64,000 nt of DNA from Pachysolen tannophilus NRRL Y-2460 (taxonomy: Eukaryota). The notes beneath the pieces are model-generated. The model made no database searches. It was given only the letters and a program-made list of their open reading frames with translations, and was not told where the DNA came from. The translations under genes and the position numbers were made by a program. Positions within the stretch are counted from its first letter, which is position 1. Each line of letters opens with the position of its first letter. Positions 22,588 to 34,317 of this stretch are shown here, in pieces. The stretch is from positions 712,147 through 776,146 of the forward strand of contig KV454012.1 in the NCBI GenBank assembly GCA_001661245.1, given 5' to 3'.

Positions 22588-23477
22588 TTAAAAATCACTA
22601 TCATCATAATATTCATCATCTGAATCTTCATCGACCAATTGTTCGAAATTAACTTTATAACGTAATAGTGCACCAACACCACCAAAACCTTTAACAAATT
22701 GAGCACCTTCAGAAGATCTATCTGTGACGAATTCTAAAGTAGCACCATAATTTTTATAAGTTTCAGCCAACCATTCTAAAAATGAAACTTCTGAAACAAC
22801 TTCCATATCTGTTCCTGTTGCTTTATCCAATTGCCATGATTTATCTGGATTTCCAGGATCAACATGCAGAATTACTTCATTTCCTTCAGAATTTTTTAAA
22901 GTATATCTTATTATTGGTAAATTTTCATGAACAATAATTGTTTCACAAGCACCTAATTCCAAAGCTTTTAAAGTATCATCAATACCATAACAAAATTTAC
23001 CAGTATCTTGTGAAATTTCATCAAAATATTGAGTAATTAATTTTTTTTCTTGAATAAATTTAACATTACTTAATGCTTCAGCTGATAATTCAATGGCTTG
23101 ATTAAATCCATTTTCACCACCATATGAGATATCAACGATTTTAACAATTTTAGCTTGTAATCTATTATCAAACATATCTGATTTTGATAATTCATTTTTA
23201 AAATCTGCAGAACCTGCCAAGACTAAACCTGAAACATTAACTTTATCAGCAGTAATAAAATATTGAACAGCTGTTTCCGCCACTTTTCTAACATAATTAT
23301 GTCTTTTCTCATCTCTTAAACGAGAAAAACGTAAAGCAGATTGACCACCTCTTCCATGTTTTTTAGGTAAATCCACTGTAAATTTATATAAAATTTCTCT
23401 TGTATTACCAGATAAAGCACCAAATAAAGCACCATTACCATCCATAACAATAAATCCAAACCTATCATCACTTTCTA
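22588..23477 (-). CDS. SUP45: Translation termination factor eRF1, 3' part (5' end lies in the gap)
   Basis: KKHGRGGQS (GGQ) motif and GFGG.GA.LRY; frame continues upstream as [10 protein letters not shown] into the N run. Confidence 0.95.
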
Positions 23478-24040
23478 NNNNNNNNNNNNNNNNNNNNNNN
23501 NNNNNNNNNNNNNNNNNNNNNNNNNNNNNNNNNNNNNNNNNNNNNNNNNNNNNNNNNNNNNNNNNNNNNNNNNNNNNNNNNNNNNNNNNNNNNNNNNNNN
23601 NNNNNNNNNNNNNNNNNNNNNNNNNNNNNNNNNNNNNNNNNNNNNNNNNNNNNNNNNNNNNNNNNNNNNNNNNNNNNNNNNNNNNNNNNNNNNNNNNNNN
23701 NNNNNNNNNNNNNNNNNNNNNNNNNNNNNNNNNNNNNNNNNNNNNNNNNNNNNNNNNNNNNNNNNNNNNNNNNNNNNNNNNNNNNNNNNNNNNNNNNNNN
23801 NNNNNNNNNNNNNNNNNNNNNNNNNNNNNNNNNNNNNNNNNNNNNNNNNNNNNNNNNNNNNNNNNNNNNNNNNNNNNNNNNNNNNNNNNNNNNNNNNNNN
23901 NNNNNNNNNNNNNNNNNNNNNNNNNNNNNNNNNNNNNNNNNNNNNNNNNNNNNNNNNNNNNNNNNNNNNNNNNNNNNNNNNNNNNNNNNNNNNNNNNNNN
24001 NNNNNNNNNNNNNNNNNNNNNNNNNNNNNNNNNNNNNNNN
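23478..24040. other. Assembly gap (N run) hiding the SUP45 N-domain
   Basis: Run of N. Confidence 0.95.
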
Positions 24041-24044
24041 TCCC

Positions 24045-24090
<46 letters not shown>

Positions 24091-24455
24091 TTTTGATCCA
24101 AAACGAACGACTTGTTTTTAAAACTATTTTGGTACTTTACGCACTACTATAATAAGAGGAAAAAAACAGGTAATTTCCAAAACGGGATCGTTAAGTTTAT
24201 AGTGCACTACCTACGTAAATTATTGATATTTAGCGCACATCTTATTTATGGTCGTGTTGTTTTAGATCAAATTCGAAAATTAATTTTTTTTTCTGTCTTT
24301 GGCTTTACTCTTTTGAATTTCACGTACTTATTTATTGTAGTTTTTTAATAAATATAATATAAATATAATATATAGTATTATAATACAAGTAATGGGCAAA
24401 TTAATTTTTTTTTTTCTTTTTTTTTTTGAGATTAACAAGATAGATATAGAATAAG

Positions 24456-25690
24456 ATGGCTATATTGAGGAAACGGAAAGAGACACTAGAGCAAGAGTCT
24501 GATACGGATTCGATATCTGATTCTGCGTCGGAGATTTTGGCCAAGCCAAAGAATAGAAGACCAAAGGAAAATGCATTTACACAACAAAAATTAAAAGCTT
24601 ATAATCCAATTTTAACACCAAAAACTGTTATACCAATTTTTTTCATATTAGCAATTATATTTATTCCTTTAGGTGCTGGGATGTTATATGGATCAGCAAA
24701 AGTTGAAGAAATAATTATTGATTATGAACAATGTGAAAATTTAGCTAGTGATGATTATTATTCTGATATTCCAACTGAATATTATTCTTATTCATTTCAT
24801 GAAGAATTAACAATAACTCCAAAATGGAAATATGGTACAAATAGTTCAGAAACTGATTCTGATGAAGCTGGATTATGTTATATACAATTTCAAATACCTG
24901 ATGATATTGGTCCTCCAGTGTTTTTTTTTATAAATTAAAAAATTTTTATGCAAATCATCGTCGTTATGCAAAATCTTTTAGTGAAGATCAATTAAATGGT
25001 TTAGCTGCATCATTAACTGATATTGAAGATACAACAGGCCAGAACTGTCAACCTTTGTCTCATAATGATGATGGACAAAGATATTATCCTTGTGGATTGA
25101 TTGCTAATGCAATGTTTAATGATACTTTTTCTATTCCAGCAGCGGTTAATGATACAACTGATGATTATGATATGACTGAAGATGGAATAGCATGGTCTAC
25201 TGATAGTAATAGATTTAAAAAAACTGAATATAGTGCATCTGAAGTAGTTCCACCACCAAATTGGGTTAAAAAATTCCCTGATGGTTATACAGATGATAAT
25301 TTACCAGATATTTCAACATGGTACCAATTTCAAAATTGGATGCATACTCCAGGTTTACCAAATTTTAGTAAAATGGTTTTAAGAAATGATGATGATACAT
25401 TCCCAGCAGGTACTTATGAAATTACAGTAGGATTACATTTCCCAGTAACTGAATATGATGGTACTAAAGGAATTTATATTAGTACAAGATCAGTAATTGG
25501 AGGTAAAAATTCATTTTTAGGTATTAGTTGGATTGTTGCAGGTGGTATATGTTTCATCTTAGCATTGGTCTTTGTTGCAATCCATAACTTACATCCAAGA
25601 AAAACTGGAGATTTGTCCTTTTTAAGCTGGAATAAAGAAGAAAAAGCTATACATTTAGATGAAGATTCCCCTGAAAGAGTTATAATTTGA
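24456..25690 (+). CDS. Cdc50/Lem3-family flippase beta subunit, split by a frameshift at the T9 run (24921-24929)
   Basis: RRP.ENAFTQQKLKA, shifted frame continues YKLKNFYANHRRY..SFSEDQL, then YYPCGLIAN.MFNDTF and FQNWM. Paralogue (CDC50 vs LEM3) not resolved. Confidence 0.9.
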
Positions 25691-26185
25691 AAAATTTATA
25701 TATATATATATATAAATTCCTCACATTCCTTACCTTCCACATTTCTTTTTGTTTTATTTTTCTTTTCATTTTTTTTTTTTTTTTATTCCAATTTATTTTA
25801 TTTTATTGTTCTTTATCTCTTGAAACATATATATATATATTTTCCCTCAGAATGAATGACTGTATATTAAAAGTATTTTATTAATTTCAATCATATTTCA
25901 TTTCATAAAGTGTAAAAACTCTTTAAAAAAATTATTTACTTTTTGTATATAATTTTATAAATATTCGCTAATTTCCGTTTGTTTACAATTTTTTTTTATA
26001 CACATAAACAAAAGACAAATTAACTATATAGATCATATATGTTTATTACTAGTAAAATACATCAGATATGGATCAAGTGATATTATAAGTATAGCTAATC
26101 AGTGACTTAATGATAGTGGGATAGAGTTTATTTAGTTTTTATTTTGGAACAAGAAAAACAAAAATTTTTTGAGTTTATATAAATT

Positions 26186-29100
26186 ATGGGTAGAAATAAT
26201 TCAAGCTCATCGTCCTCATCTCCATTAGCCGCTGTGATTCCAACGGCGGTAATGCAAACCCTGGGAATGTCAACGGCGGCTGCTGCTACAACAGAGGATC
26301 ATCCAGCTGGTAAACAAGATCTTTTGAGTAAATATATGGAAAAGGATGATGATGATGGGTACTTTGATAATATTGAAAATGAATTGATTTTAAAAAAAAT
26401 GGTTGGCAATTCTTTGAATAATTCTCCAATAAAGAAGACAAGGAAAAATCGTAAAAATTCACCAACAGAAATACAATTACCATTACAAAATAATAGTTTT
26501 TTGCATGGGCGGCATATACTACCACGATCTGCATCGTTGGAGTCGGAAGTATCATCAAATAGCGACTCACGAAATTTAAAATCAGATAAGAAATCAGTTT
26601 CTCAAAGACAACATTCATTAACGAATTCTGGATCAGGTCGTGCTCCTTTGTTGCTGCCGTCACTGCTGCCGTTGTCGTTGTCGTCATCATCATCATCCTC
26701 TTCTTCTTCAACCTCTTCGAGATCGTCTACTTTGTCATTGCTGCCACTGCCTTTGGATGCTACTTCTCAGCCTCATCTACTTCCAGCTCCTGTTTTCAAA
26801 AAATCATTTTCTCCTACAAAGCTTTTCCAAAGAAAAGACGAAATTTTAAGCTCCAATAGATTGAAAAAAAAAATACGATCAAAAAATGATAATGATGATA
26901 ACGTTTTCAAGAAACCATTACAAACTATTGTGAGGCCTCATAGTAATAATACAGACATATTCTCCGGACCAATAACACCTCAAACTCCTGAGTTTGCGCA
27001 GCAGCTGGCTCCTTTATCACCACCTAAATCAAACAATAATGCTAAACAACATTTAGTTTCATTGACACCAGCACAGAGAGTAGAAAAAAAACCAGGAAGG
27101 CTTTTTAATAATAGCGATAATAATAGTAATAATAATAGTACCAATAACGGTGTTGATCACGGGAAAAGTGCTTTGGATAGTTACGAATTTAAAGAATTGT
27201 TAGGGAAAGGAGCATCTGCTAGTGTCTTCAGAGCATTAAACTTAATAACAGGGAAAGAAGTTGCTATAAAGCAAATTGAAATAACTGGACAGGAAGATTA
27301 TCATCAATTGATGAGTGAAATCGATTTATTAAAAATGTTGAAACATAAAAATATTGTAAAATATCATGGGTTTGTAAAGACTCCACAAACTTTGAATATT
27401 TTTTTAGAATACTGCTCGGGAGGTTCATTAAGAAATTTGTACAAGAGAAGAAATTCTGGTTTAGATGAAGTAGAGGTAATTCGTTATACAAAAGATATTT
27501 TACAAGGTTTAAAATATTTACATGAACAAGGTGTTATTCATAGAGATGTTAAGGCTGCTAATGTATTATTAGCAGGCGATAGTACTGTAAAATTAGCTGA
27601 TTTTGGAGTCTCTTCAAAAGTTAACCATCATTCAAGCTTGGAAGTTGGTGGAACACCATATTGGATGGCTCCGGAAGTCATATTATTACAAGGAAGTTCA
27701 ACAGCATCTGATATATGGTCATTAGGTGCAACTGTCATTGAGCTTTTCACTACGCATCCTCCTTACCACGAATACGAACCATTGGCTGCATGTCATGCAA
27801 TAGGCATTGATGATTGTCCACCAATACCTGTTGATCTTCCTGAATTGGCTAAGGAGTTCTTGTTGGAATGTTTTCAGAGATCACCAGAAATAAGAATAAA
27901 TGCTGCAAGGTTATTACAACATGCTTGGTTGAACAAGCAAAATGTTGATGGAGCGAAAGACATCTTGAAAACCAGAACAGCTTCTGCATCAAATATTCTT
28001 CCCGGAAGTGCTGCTAATAACAGTAAGGCCAAATCTTTATTACCATATAGAGAGGAAAGCCTCAATACTAAAAATCAATGGGATTTTGATTTTAGCAATA
28101 TTGTTGGTGAAGATCTTGATAGGAAGTTATCTTCCTCTCAGGGAAATAAATTGTTTAAATCTAAAATCATCACTAATAAAGACCTGACTGACATCGATAT
28201 GAATGTATTGCAAGTCCCTAAATTGAGACCTTCTGCAAAAATAATGTCTATCAAAAGTAAAGAAAACTTGATTGGAACATTATCGCCTTTCAAAGAAGTG
28301 GATAATGAAATGATCAAAGAAGATGATTTTGAAGGTGATTTAGACTTGGGTAATACAAACAACAGAAATATGAAGATTATTACCACTGATAAGAAGAATA
28401 ATGGCCAAGTTGATAACTTTGCTTTGTTGAAACAATTTAATGAAGATAATAGTAATGATTTTGAGAAAGATTTTGAGCAAATAAGTTTGAACCTTGTAAA
28501 AGAACAGTCACAACTCAAAGAAATTAGCGATGATGAAGATCCATTCCTAGATTTAAAATTAGAGGATAGTATACTTAAACGGAATGAAGCAGAAAGCAAA
28601 GTGATTTTGAAAGTTCAAAATCTTATTGGCAAACTAGATAGCAACAATAATGATTTAAACGAGGATATATCAAAGCTATATAAATTATTAGTTGAGAATC
28701 CATCCGCTAGCAACATAATTATTAAAAATCATGGATTAATAAGAATATTGGAGCTATTAAACGAGACTAATGATTACATTTCAGTTGATGTTAAACATTT
28801 GTTGTCGCTTTTAAACATTATTTTCAATGGAAACGTTTCTGCGATGGATTCATATTGTACAATTGGTGGTATAACTTCCATAACAAACTTTATTGAAACA
28901 AAATATCCTAGTGATATTAGGTTGGAAGTTGTTTCGTTTATCAACAATGTGACTAATTCTTGCAAGTCTTTACAGATGCTAGTTGCATGTGGAGGGTTAC
29001 GACTTTTGAATAGTTTAATTGAGGAAGATATCGAATACTTTCCAGAATTCCCATTATGCGCAATCAATGGAATATTTGCTGTTTTTACTAACGATTTATC

Positions 29101-30169
29101 AACATCAAATTCTAATTTTTGTTATATTTTGAAGAACTCAGTAGATTGGTTAGCAATTGACTTGAATTATTTGATGAAAGCGGATAGTATTATAGATAGA
29201 GAAGCTTATTGTGACAAAATCATATCGATTTTTCAATCATTTCAGTCTTCCGAACCTAGAGTTAAATCTTATATCTCAACTACAACGCTATTCAGGTCAT
29301 TGTTCAAAAATTATGAAAAATTATGTTTTAAAAATCAATTAAAGATTTTGAAATTCATTTCATCCATATCCTCTGTACAGTCAAGCCTTGATATTTTAGA
29401 TGCATCTGGATGTTTGAAATTTTTAATAACTCAATTAAGGACAAATGCACCTCCAGCATCTAAATATAAAGAGGTTTCAAATGCTGTATGCCCAGCATTA
29501 TTTAATTTATGCCATTTGAATAAGATTAGGCAAATGGAAATTGTGAAATTAGGAGGTATACCATTATTGGCTTTATTATCCAAAATAGATTTACCGTTTA
29601 AAGATTTTATATTACCATTATTATCTGAATTTGTTACTTTAAATCAGAAAACAAGAGATTTGTTTTGGGAAAATAAAGTATTTGATATATTTGTAAGCTA
29701 TTTGATCAATTTAAATTGGCAAGTCACTTCATTAGATGCTATTAAGAATTGGTTGAATTATGATGGAAAACGGGTTGAAACTCAAATTTTGAAAAGAGTT
29801 GAACTTTTCATAAAAGGTTTTTTCATTTCTAACAATTTACAATTCTTGGAAATTTTTTCACAATTATTAGATAAAAGTTATAAAATTACCACTAATTTTT
29901 GTCAAAAAGAATTGATTGATGCAACTTTTACTAAATTTCAATTTAATAAGAAAACAGCAGTTATTCAATTAAATTTATTGAAAATTTTGAAGAAATTAAT
30001 ATCTTGTAAATTAAATGACAAAAATGGTTCGGATAAAAATAGTGAAAATCTATTAAAAGAAATTAAAGTTAAGGTTAAAGAAATCTTAGACGATGGTAGC
30101 CATGAAGGAGCTCTGAAATCATCTATTTTAGTTAAAGAGTTGGCGAATGAAATACTTCTTATGTTTTGA
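26186..30169 (+). CDS. CDC15: Cdc15/SepH-like mitotic exit kinase
   Basis: STE-type kinase (EIDLLK.LKH.NIVKYHGF, HRDVKAAN, GTPYWMAPE, YE..AA..AI..DDCPP) followed by an ARM-like helical region (LFNLCHLNK.RQ). Confidence 0.8.
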   Translation: MGRNNSSSSSSSPLAAVIPTAVMQTLGMSTAAAATTEDHPAGKQDLLSKYMEKDDDDGYFDNIENELILKKMVGNSLNNSPIKKTRKNRKNSPTEIQLPLQNNSFLHGRHILPRSASLESEVSSNSDSRNLKSDKKSVSQRQHSLTNSGSGRAPLLLPSLLPLSLSSSSSSSSSSTSSRSSTLSLLPLPLDATSQPHLLPAPVFKKSFSPTKLFQRKDEILSSNRLKKKIRSKNDNDDNVFKKPLQTIVRPHSNNTDIFSGPITPQTPEFAQQLAPLSPPKSNNNAKQHLVSLTPAQRVEKKPGRLFNNSDNNSNNNSTNNGVDHGKSALDSYEFKELLGKGASASVFRALNLITGKEVAIKQIEITGQEDYHQLMSEIDLLKMLKHKNIVKYHGFVKTPQTLNIFLEYCSGGSLRNLYKRRNSGLDEVEVIRYTKDILQGLKYLHEQGVIHRDVKAANVLLAGDSTVKLADFGVSSKVNHHSSLEVGGTPYWMAPEVILLQGSSTASDIWSLGATVIELFTTHPPYHEYEPLAACHAIGIDDCPPIPVDLPELAKEFLLECFQRSPEIRINAARLLQHAWLNKQNVDGAKDILKTRTASASNILPGSAANNSKAKSLLPYREESLNTKNQWDFDFSNIVGEDLDRKLSSSQGNKLFKSKIITNKDLTDIDMNVLQVPKLRPSAKIMSIKSKENLIGTLSPFKEVDNEMIKEDDFEGDLDLGNTNNRNMKIITTDKKNNGQVDNFALLKQFNEDNSNDFEKDFEQISLNLVKEQSQLKEISDDEDPFLDLKLEDSILKRNEAESKVILKVQNLIGKLDSNNNDLNEDISKLYKLLVENPSASNIIIKNHGLIRILELLNETNDYISVDVKHLLSLLNIIFNGNVSAMDSYCTIGGITSITNFIETKYPSDIRLEVVSFINNVTNSCKSLQMLVACGGLRLLNSLIEEDIEYFPEFPLCAINGIFAVFTNDLSTSNSNFCYILKNSVDWLAIDLNYLMKADSIIDREAYCDKIISIFQSFQSSEPRVKSYISTTTLFRSLFKNYEKLCFKNQLKILKFISSISSVQSSLDILDASGCLKFLITQLRTNAPPASKYKEVSNAVCPALFNLCHLNKIRQMEIVKLGGIPLLALLSKIDLPFKDFILPLLSEFVTLNQKTRDLFWENKVFDIFVSYLINLNWQVTSLDAIKNWLNYDGKRVETQILKRVELFIKGFFISNNLQFLEIFSQLLDKSYKITTNFCQKELIDATFTKFQFNKKTAVIQLNLLKILKKLISCKLNDKNGSDKNSENLLKEIKVKVKEILDDGSHEGALKSSILVKELANEILLMF

Positions 30170-30396
30170 TGAAATAACACTATATTAGAAGAAGAAAATA
30201 TAGAATTTTTTTTTTTTATATAGATAGAGAAAAAAGTTCAAAATAAAATGAAAGACAAAGACATAAAAAAAAGAAAAAAAATAAAAAAAAAAAAATTAGA
30301 AAACCCTATGTATAACCTCCGTGAAATCTGTTTAGTTAGCCATTAAGAATAAATTGGCCCTTTAATGAAATACCTGAAATACCTGAAATACCCTTT

Positions 30397-31182
30397 TTAA
30401 TGATCATTGTTTTGAGAAGATGATAAAATTCTTAAAATGTACATGAACAAATTGATGATATCCAAGTACAAAGTAATAGTAGCAGCGATTTCTTCTTCTG
30501 GATGGAAACGTTTCATAATATTTTGAGTATCAATCATTATGAAAGCGCTAAAAATCAGAGCACCAAAGAAACTATAAACTAATTCAACAGTAGAATTATG
30601 TGGGATAAATAAGAACACAAAAGTGACACTGAATAAACCTAAAAACAGAACAGAAACATAAGTTTCCCAATTTGAAAAATCATATTTTGTTTGTAGTGAA
30701 TAAGCGGTTAAACCTATGAATAAAATTGTAGTCATTAAGATTGCTTGTAATACAATATTTGTATCATATAAAGAAGTAACAATACCAACCCCATAACTTT
30801 CAAATACCGTGAACGCTGCCAATAGCATCAAATTGTATGGATATGATCTTGATTTCCAATATGCTAGTCCCATAAAGACTATAGAACCAATCATTGAAAC
30901 AACAAGAAGCCAAGAATTTTCCAAACACCAATCTCTAAGATTTGGATTAAAATATATCAATGTACCAGTCAAAAAAGTGATGAATAATTGCAGAGATAGC
31001 AACGAATAAACTTTTCTTATAAAAACATGTCTAATTTCAATATCACAAGATGCAACACTTGTAGAATATTTAAAATCTGCTGGTAAATTATCATTAAAAT
31101 CTCTTGGTTCCTGAGTAGATGAGCCATTTGGATCATAAACCGGCGGCTCGTTAATCGGTGTATAACTAGCTGATTGAGACAT
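30397..31182 (-). CDS. BXI1: Bax inhibitor-1/TMBIM family membrane protein
   Basis: IRH.FIRKVYSLL, YPYNL, QTKYDF, DTQ.IM, LYLDIINLF motifs. Confidence 0.9.
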   Translation of the reverse strand: MSQSASYTPINEPPVYDPNGSSTQEPRDFNDNLPADFKYSTSVASCDIEIRHVFIRKVYSLLSLQLFITFLTGTLIYFNPNLRDWCLENSWLLVVSMIGSIVFMGLAYWKSRSYPYNLMLLAAFTVFESYGVGIVTSLYDTNIVLQAILMTTILFIGLTAYSLQTKYDFSNWETYVSVLFLGLFSVTFVFLFIPHNSTVELVYSFFGALIFSAFIMIDTQNIMKRFHPEEEIAATITLYLDIINLFMYILRILSSSQNNDH

Positions 31183-31648
31183 TATTCTTATTCTTCAAAA
31201 TGACTCCTGGGATAATAGAATGAATAACAAACAATTTCAATTTCAATTTCAATTTATAATTTATATTTTATATATTATTATTATATATATTACCAATTTG
31301 TAGTATTTTCTAGATATCTTTTATAAAGAAAATAATGACCCAAATTTGATAAAATATATAACAACTTCTCGACTTCCTATTTGGGAAACTTGGGAAATAT
31401 TTAAAGTGCAAAAAAAGTAAATACATATACAGTAAGAGTTTCCTAATTTGGTTATAGATTAAAGAAATGGGTATAACGACGACAACAGCAATGGCGACGT
31501 TAACGATGATGACGATGACTGGTTTAATGAATGGCAAAGTCAACAACTAGCAAATGTCTTGAGTGTTGGAATAATTGAGTATATTTTTTTTATTTGTATT
31601 ATAAAATGCTATATATAAGATAGTTGATGAAGAAGAAAACATTTAATC

Positions 31649-32053
31649 TTATTTATATTCCTCAATAGCTTTCTTTAAACCTTGAGCATTAGCACCAACA
31701 ATTTTACCAATACCTTCACCATTTTTAAATAATACAAATGTCGGCATAGCACTTACTCCATATTCCATGGCAACTTCTTCATTTTGATCAACATCAACTT
31801 TTAAAAAATTTGTAGAATCTTTATAAGAATTTGAAAAATTTTCTAAAACTGGAGCTATAGCTTTACATGGACCACACCAAGTAGCATAAAAATCAACAAC
31901 AGAAAGTTTTGGTGTTGCAATTTCTTCTTTAAATTGTTTTAAAGAAGTAACTTCTTTAATTAAAGAAGAATTTAATCTTATTTGTTGAGATCCTGGGTTT
32001 TGCAATGCAGATGCTTGTGATCTCAAAAAAGGTCTTAATAAAACTCTTGACAT
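31649..32053 (-). CDS. TRX3: Mitochondrial thioredoxin
   Basis: WCGPC active site and an Arg-rich presequence from ATG 32053 (MSRVLLRPFLRS). Confidence 0.85.
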   Translation of the reverse strand: MSRVLLRPFLRSQASALQNPGSQQIRLNSSLIKEVTSLKQFKEEIATPKLSVVDFYATWCGPCKAIAPVLENFSNSYKDSTNFLKVDVDQNEEVAMEYGVSAMPTFVLFKNGEGIGKIVGANAQGLKKAIEEYK

Positions 32054-32473
32054 TTTAAACAATATAACAATAACTGCAAGTAAAAAAACTGGATTTATCA
32101 TGTAAATAAAAACTTATGTTAACAACTATATAAATTATATATAAATATAATTATATAAATATATATATATATATAAAACTAGGTTTTAAATGATTTGTAA
32201 TTTCGATAATTCTCCACAAAAAAATGGGGTAGTGTATAGAAAATATAATGAATAGCTTTTAAACCCATTTTAGCTACATGGCGATATCATCTATGCAATT
32301 GAGGACCTTCATTTGAGACCCAATATATATATATATATATATAACTAGATATAAGACTGTAATGAAAGGAAAAAAAAAGTTATAGTGATCAGAGAAAAGA
32401 TATCATGAGAAATCAGCACATCAAGATAATAAAATAAAAAAAAAAAATACCCTTAACCATCATCAACAACAAC

Positions 32474-32532
<59 letters not shown>

Positions 32533-32970
32533 NNNNNNNNNNNNNNNNNNNNNNNNNNNNNNNNNNNNNNNNNNNNNNNNNNNNNNNNNNNNNNNNNNNN
32601 NNNNNNNNNNNNNNNNNNNNNNNNNNNNNNNNNNNNNNNNNNNNNNNNNNNNNNNNNNNNNNNNNNNNNNNNNNNNNNNNNNNNNNNNNNNNNNNNNNNN
32701 NNNNNNNNNNNNNNNNNNNNNNNNNNNNNNNNNNNNNNNNNNNNNNNNNNNNNNNNNNNNNNNNNNNNNNNNNNNNNNNNNNNNNNNNNNNNNNNNNNNN
32801 NNNNNNNNNNNNNNNNNNNNNNNNNNNNNNNNNNNNNNNNNNNNNNNNNNNNNNNNNNNNNNNNNNNNNNNNNNNNNNNNNNNNNNNNNNNNNNNNNNNN
32901 NNNNNNNNNNNNNNNNNNNNNNNNNNNNNNNNNNNNNNNNNNNNNNNNNNNNNNNNNNNNNNNNNNNNNN
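32533..32970. other. Assembly gap (N run) flanked by poly-T
   Basis: Run of N. Confidence 0.95.
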
Positions 32971-33118
32971 TTTTTTTTTTTGTTATTTTTTTTGTTTTTT
33001 TGTTTTTTTTTTTTTTTACCCCCATAGGTATGACTTCAGTTGCCTCTATATTATACTATAATATACTAATATTTTTAATTAAAATAATATTTAAAATTGT
33101 CTTCAGTATCAATTTTGT

Positions 33119-33907
33119 TTATTTGAAAACTTTTTTCAAATCACCTCTAACTATATGAACTTGTTTTGGGAATTTTTCAACTATTCCAGAATTTGTAGCT
33201 AGATCCAGTATAAACTTCGTTGGGTTTTCTAAAGCTTCAATTTTTAAATCTCTTAAATTTATAATATCACTTTGAATCATTTTTCTTTGTTTTCTTAATA
33301 ATGCATGTGCCGAACATAAAGCAATATATTCTGGATTATCTTCCAAATTTTTTTTAACTTCAGCAGGTTGATAATCTGAAGAACTTGGTTTTGAACTTGT
33401 ATTATCTATCCTTGTATGTGTACTATTTCCAGGTAATGATGATGATGAACGAAGGATGTGATGATCATTTCCAGCACTTGAGATATCATGGGCACTACTG
33501 CTGCTTATATTGTTGTTATTGTTATTAACATTACTATTAATATTATTATTTCTATGTTCATTATGAAGGTGTCCATTACCTCCAAGTAAACTTGTTGGTG
33601 ATTCCGATCTGTGATTTAAATTTCTTGACCCTATTGCAGTAGTTGAAGGTGGGGGTGTATACGTTGTCAAATCTATACTTTCATCAGTTGACCTTGACTC
33701 CTCATCATCGTCAGCATCCAGTGCGCCATCTTCCGATACATCTTCCGATACAATATGATTCGTTTCTTTATTTTTGCCCAAACCAGTGGTCATTTTTTTA
33801 TCCTTACGTATCATATCACTACTACTATCCAATCCTATACTTTCACTTGCTAATCTTTTTGCAGGTAACTTTGACCTTTGCGGAGCTTTTATAGAAGCCG
33901 CCGTCAT
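33119..33907 (-). CDS. Ahc2/ZZZ3-like HAT-complex subunit (putative)
   Basis: C-terminal NPEYIAL...LLRKQR....DI..L..LK.EALENP..FI...P.Q resembles the conserved ZZZ3 helical segment. Adjacent to TRX3, like S. cerevisiae AHC2. Confidence 0.55.
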   Translation of the reverse strand: MTAASIKAPQRSKLPAKRLASESIGLDSSSDMIRKDKKMTTGLGKNKETNHIVSEDVSEDGALDADDDEESRSTDESIDLTTYTPPPSTTAIGSRNLNHRSESPTSLLGGNGHLHNEHRNNNINSNVNNNNNNISSSSAHDISSAGNDHHILRSSSSLPGNSTHTRIDNTSSKPSSSDYQPAEVKKNLEDNPEYIALCSAHALLRKQRKMIQSDIINLRDLKIEALENPTKFILDLATNSGIVEKFPKQVHIVRGDLKKVFK

Positions 33908-34285
33908 ATTGGTTAAAATGTTCAACAATGTATAAAACAATTTTGAATTATTTGAAAATGACAAAAAAAAAATTAAAAAATAAAAAATAATAACGATAAT
34001 AATAATTAGATATATCTGTGTGTGTACATATATATAGATATATATATAAATGTATATTTATCTTTTGCTGTGCTGTGCTATGCTATGTTGTATTATAATG
34101 AAATGTGTATTGGGAAACTTGCGGGATGAGATAACAAATATAAAATAAGATAAAATAGCCGGGAAGTTATAATAGTAATTCTTCAACTCTTTATCTGGTA
34201 TTTCTTAAATTCAATAATCTTATTTCCAACTAAATATAAATTAATTTATATATATATATAATATACATATGTATATATATGTATA

Positions 34286-34317
<32 letters not shown>

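Noticed and set aside
22588..23477. eRF1 change indicating stop-codon reassignment
   Set aside because: The visible M and C domains are ordinary, the N-domain is in the gap, and TAA, TAG and TGA all end genes normally here.
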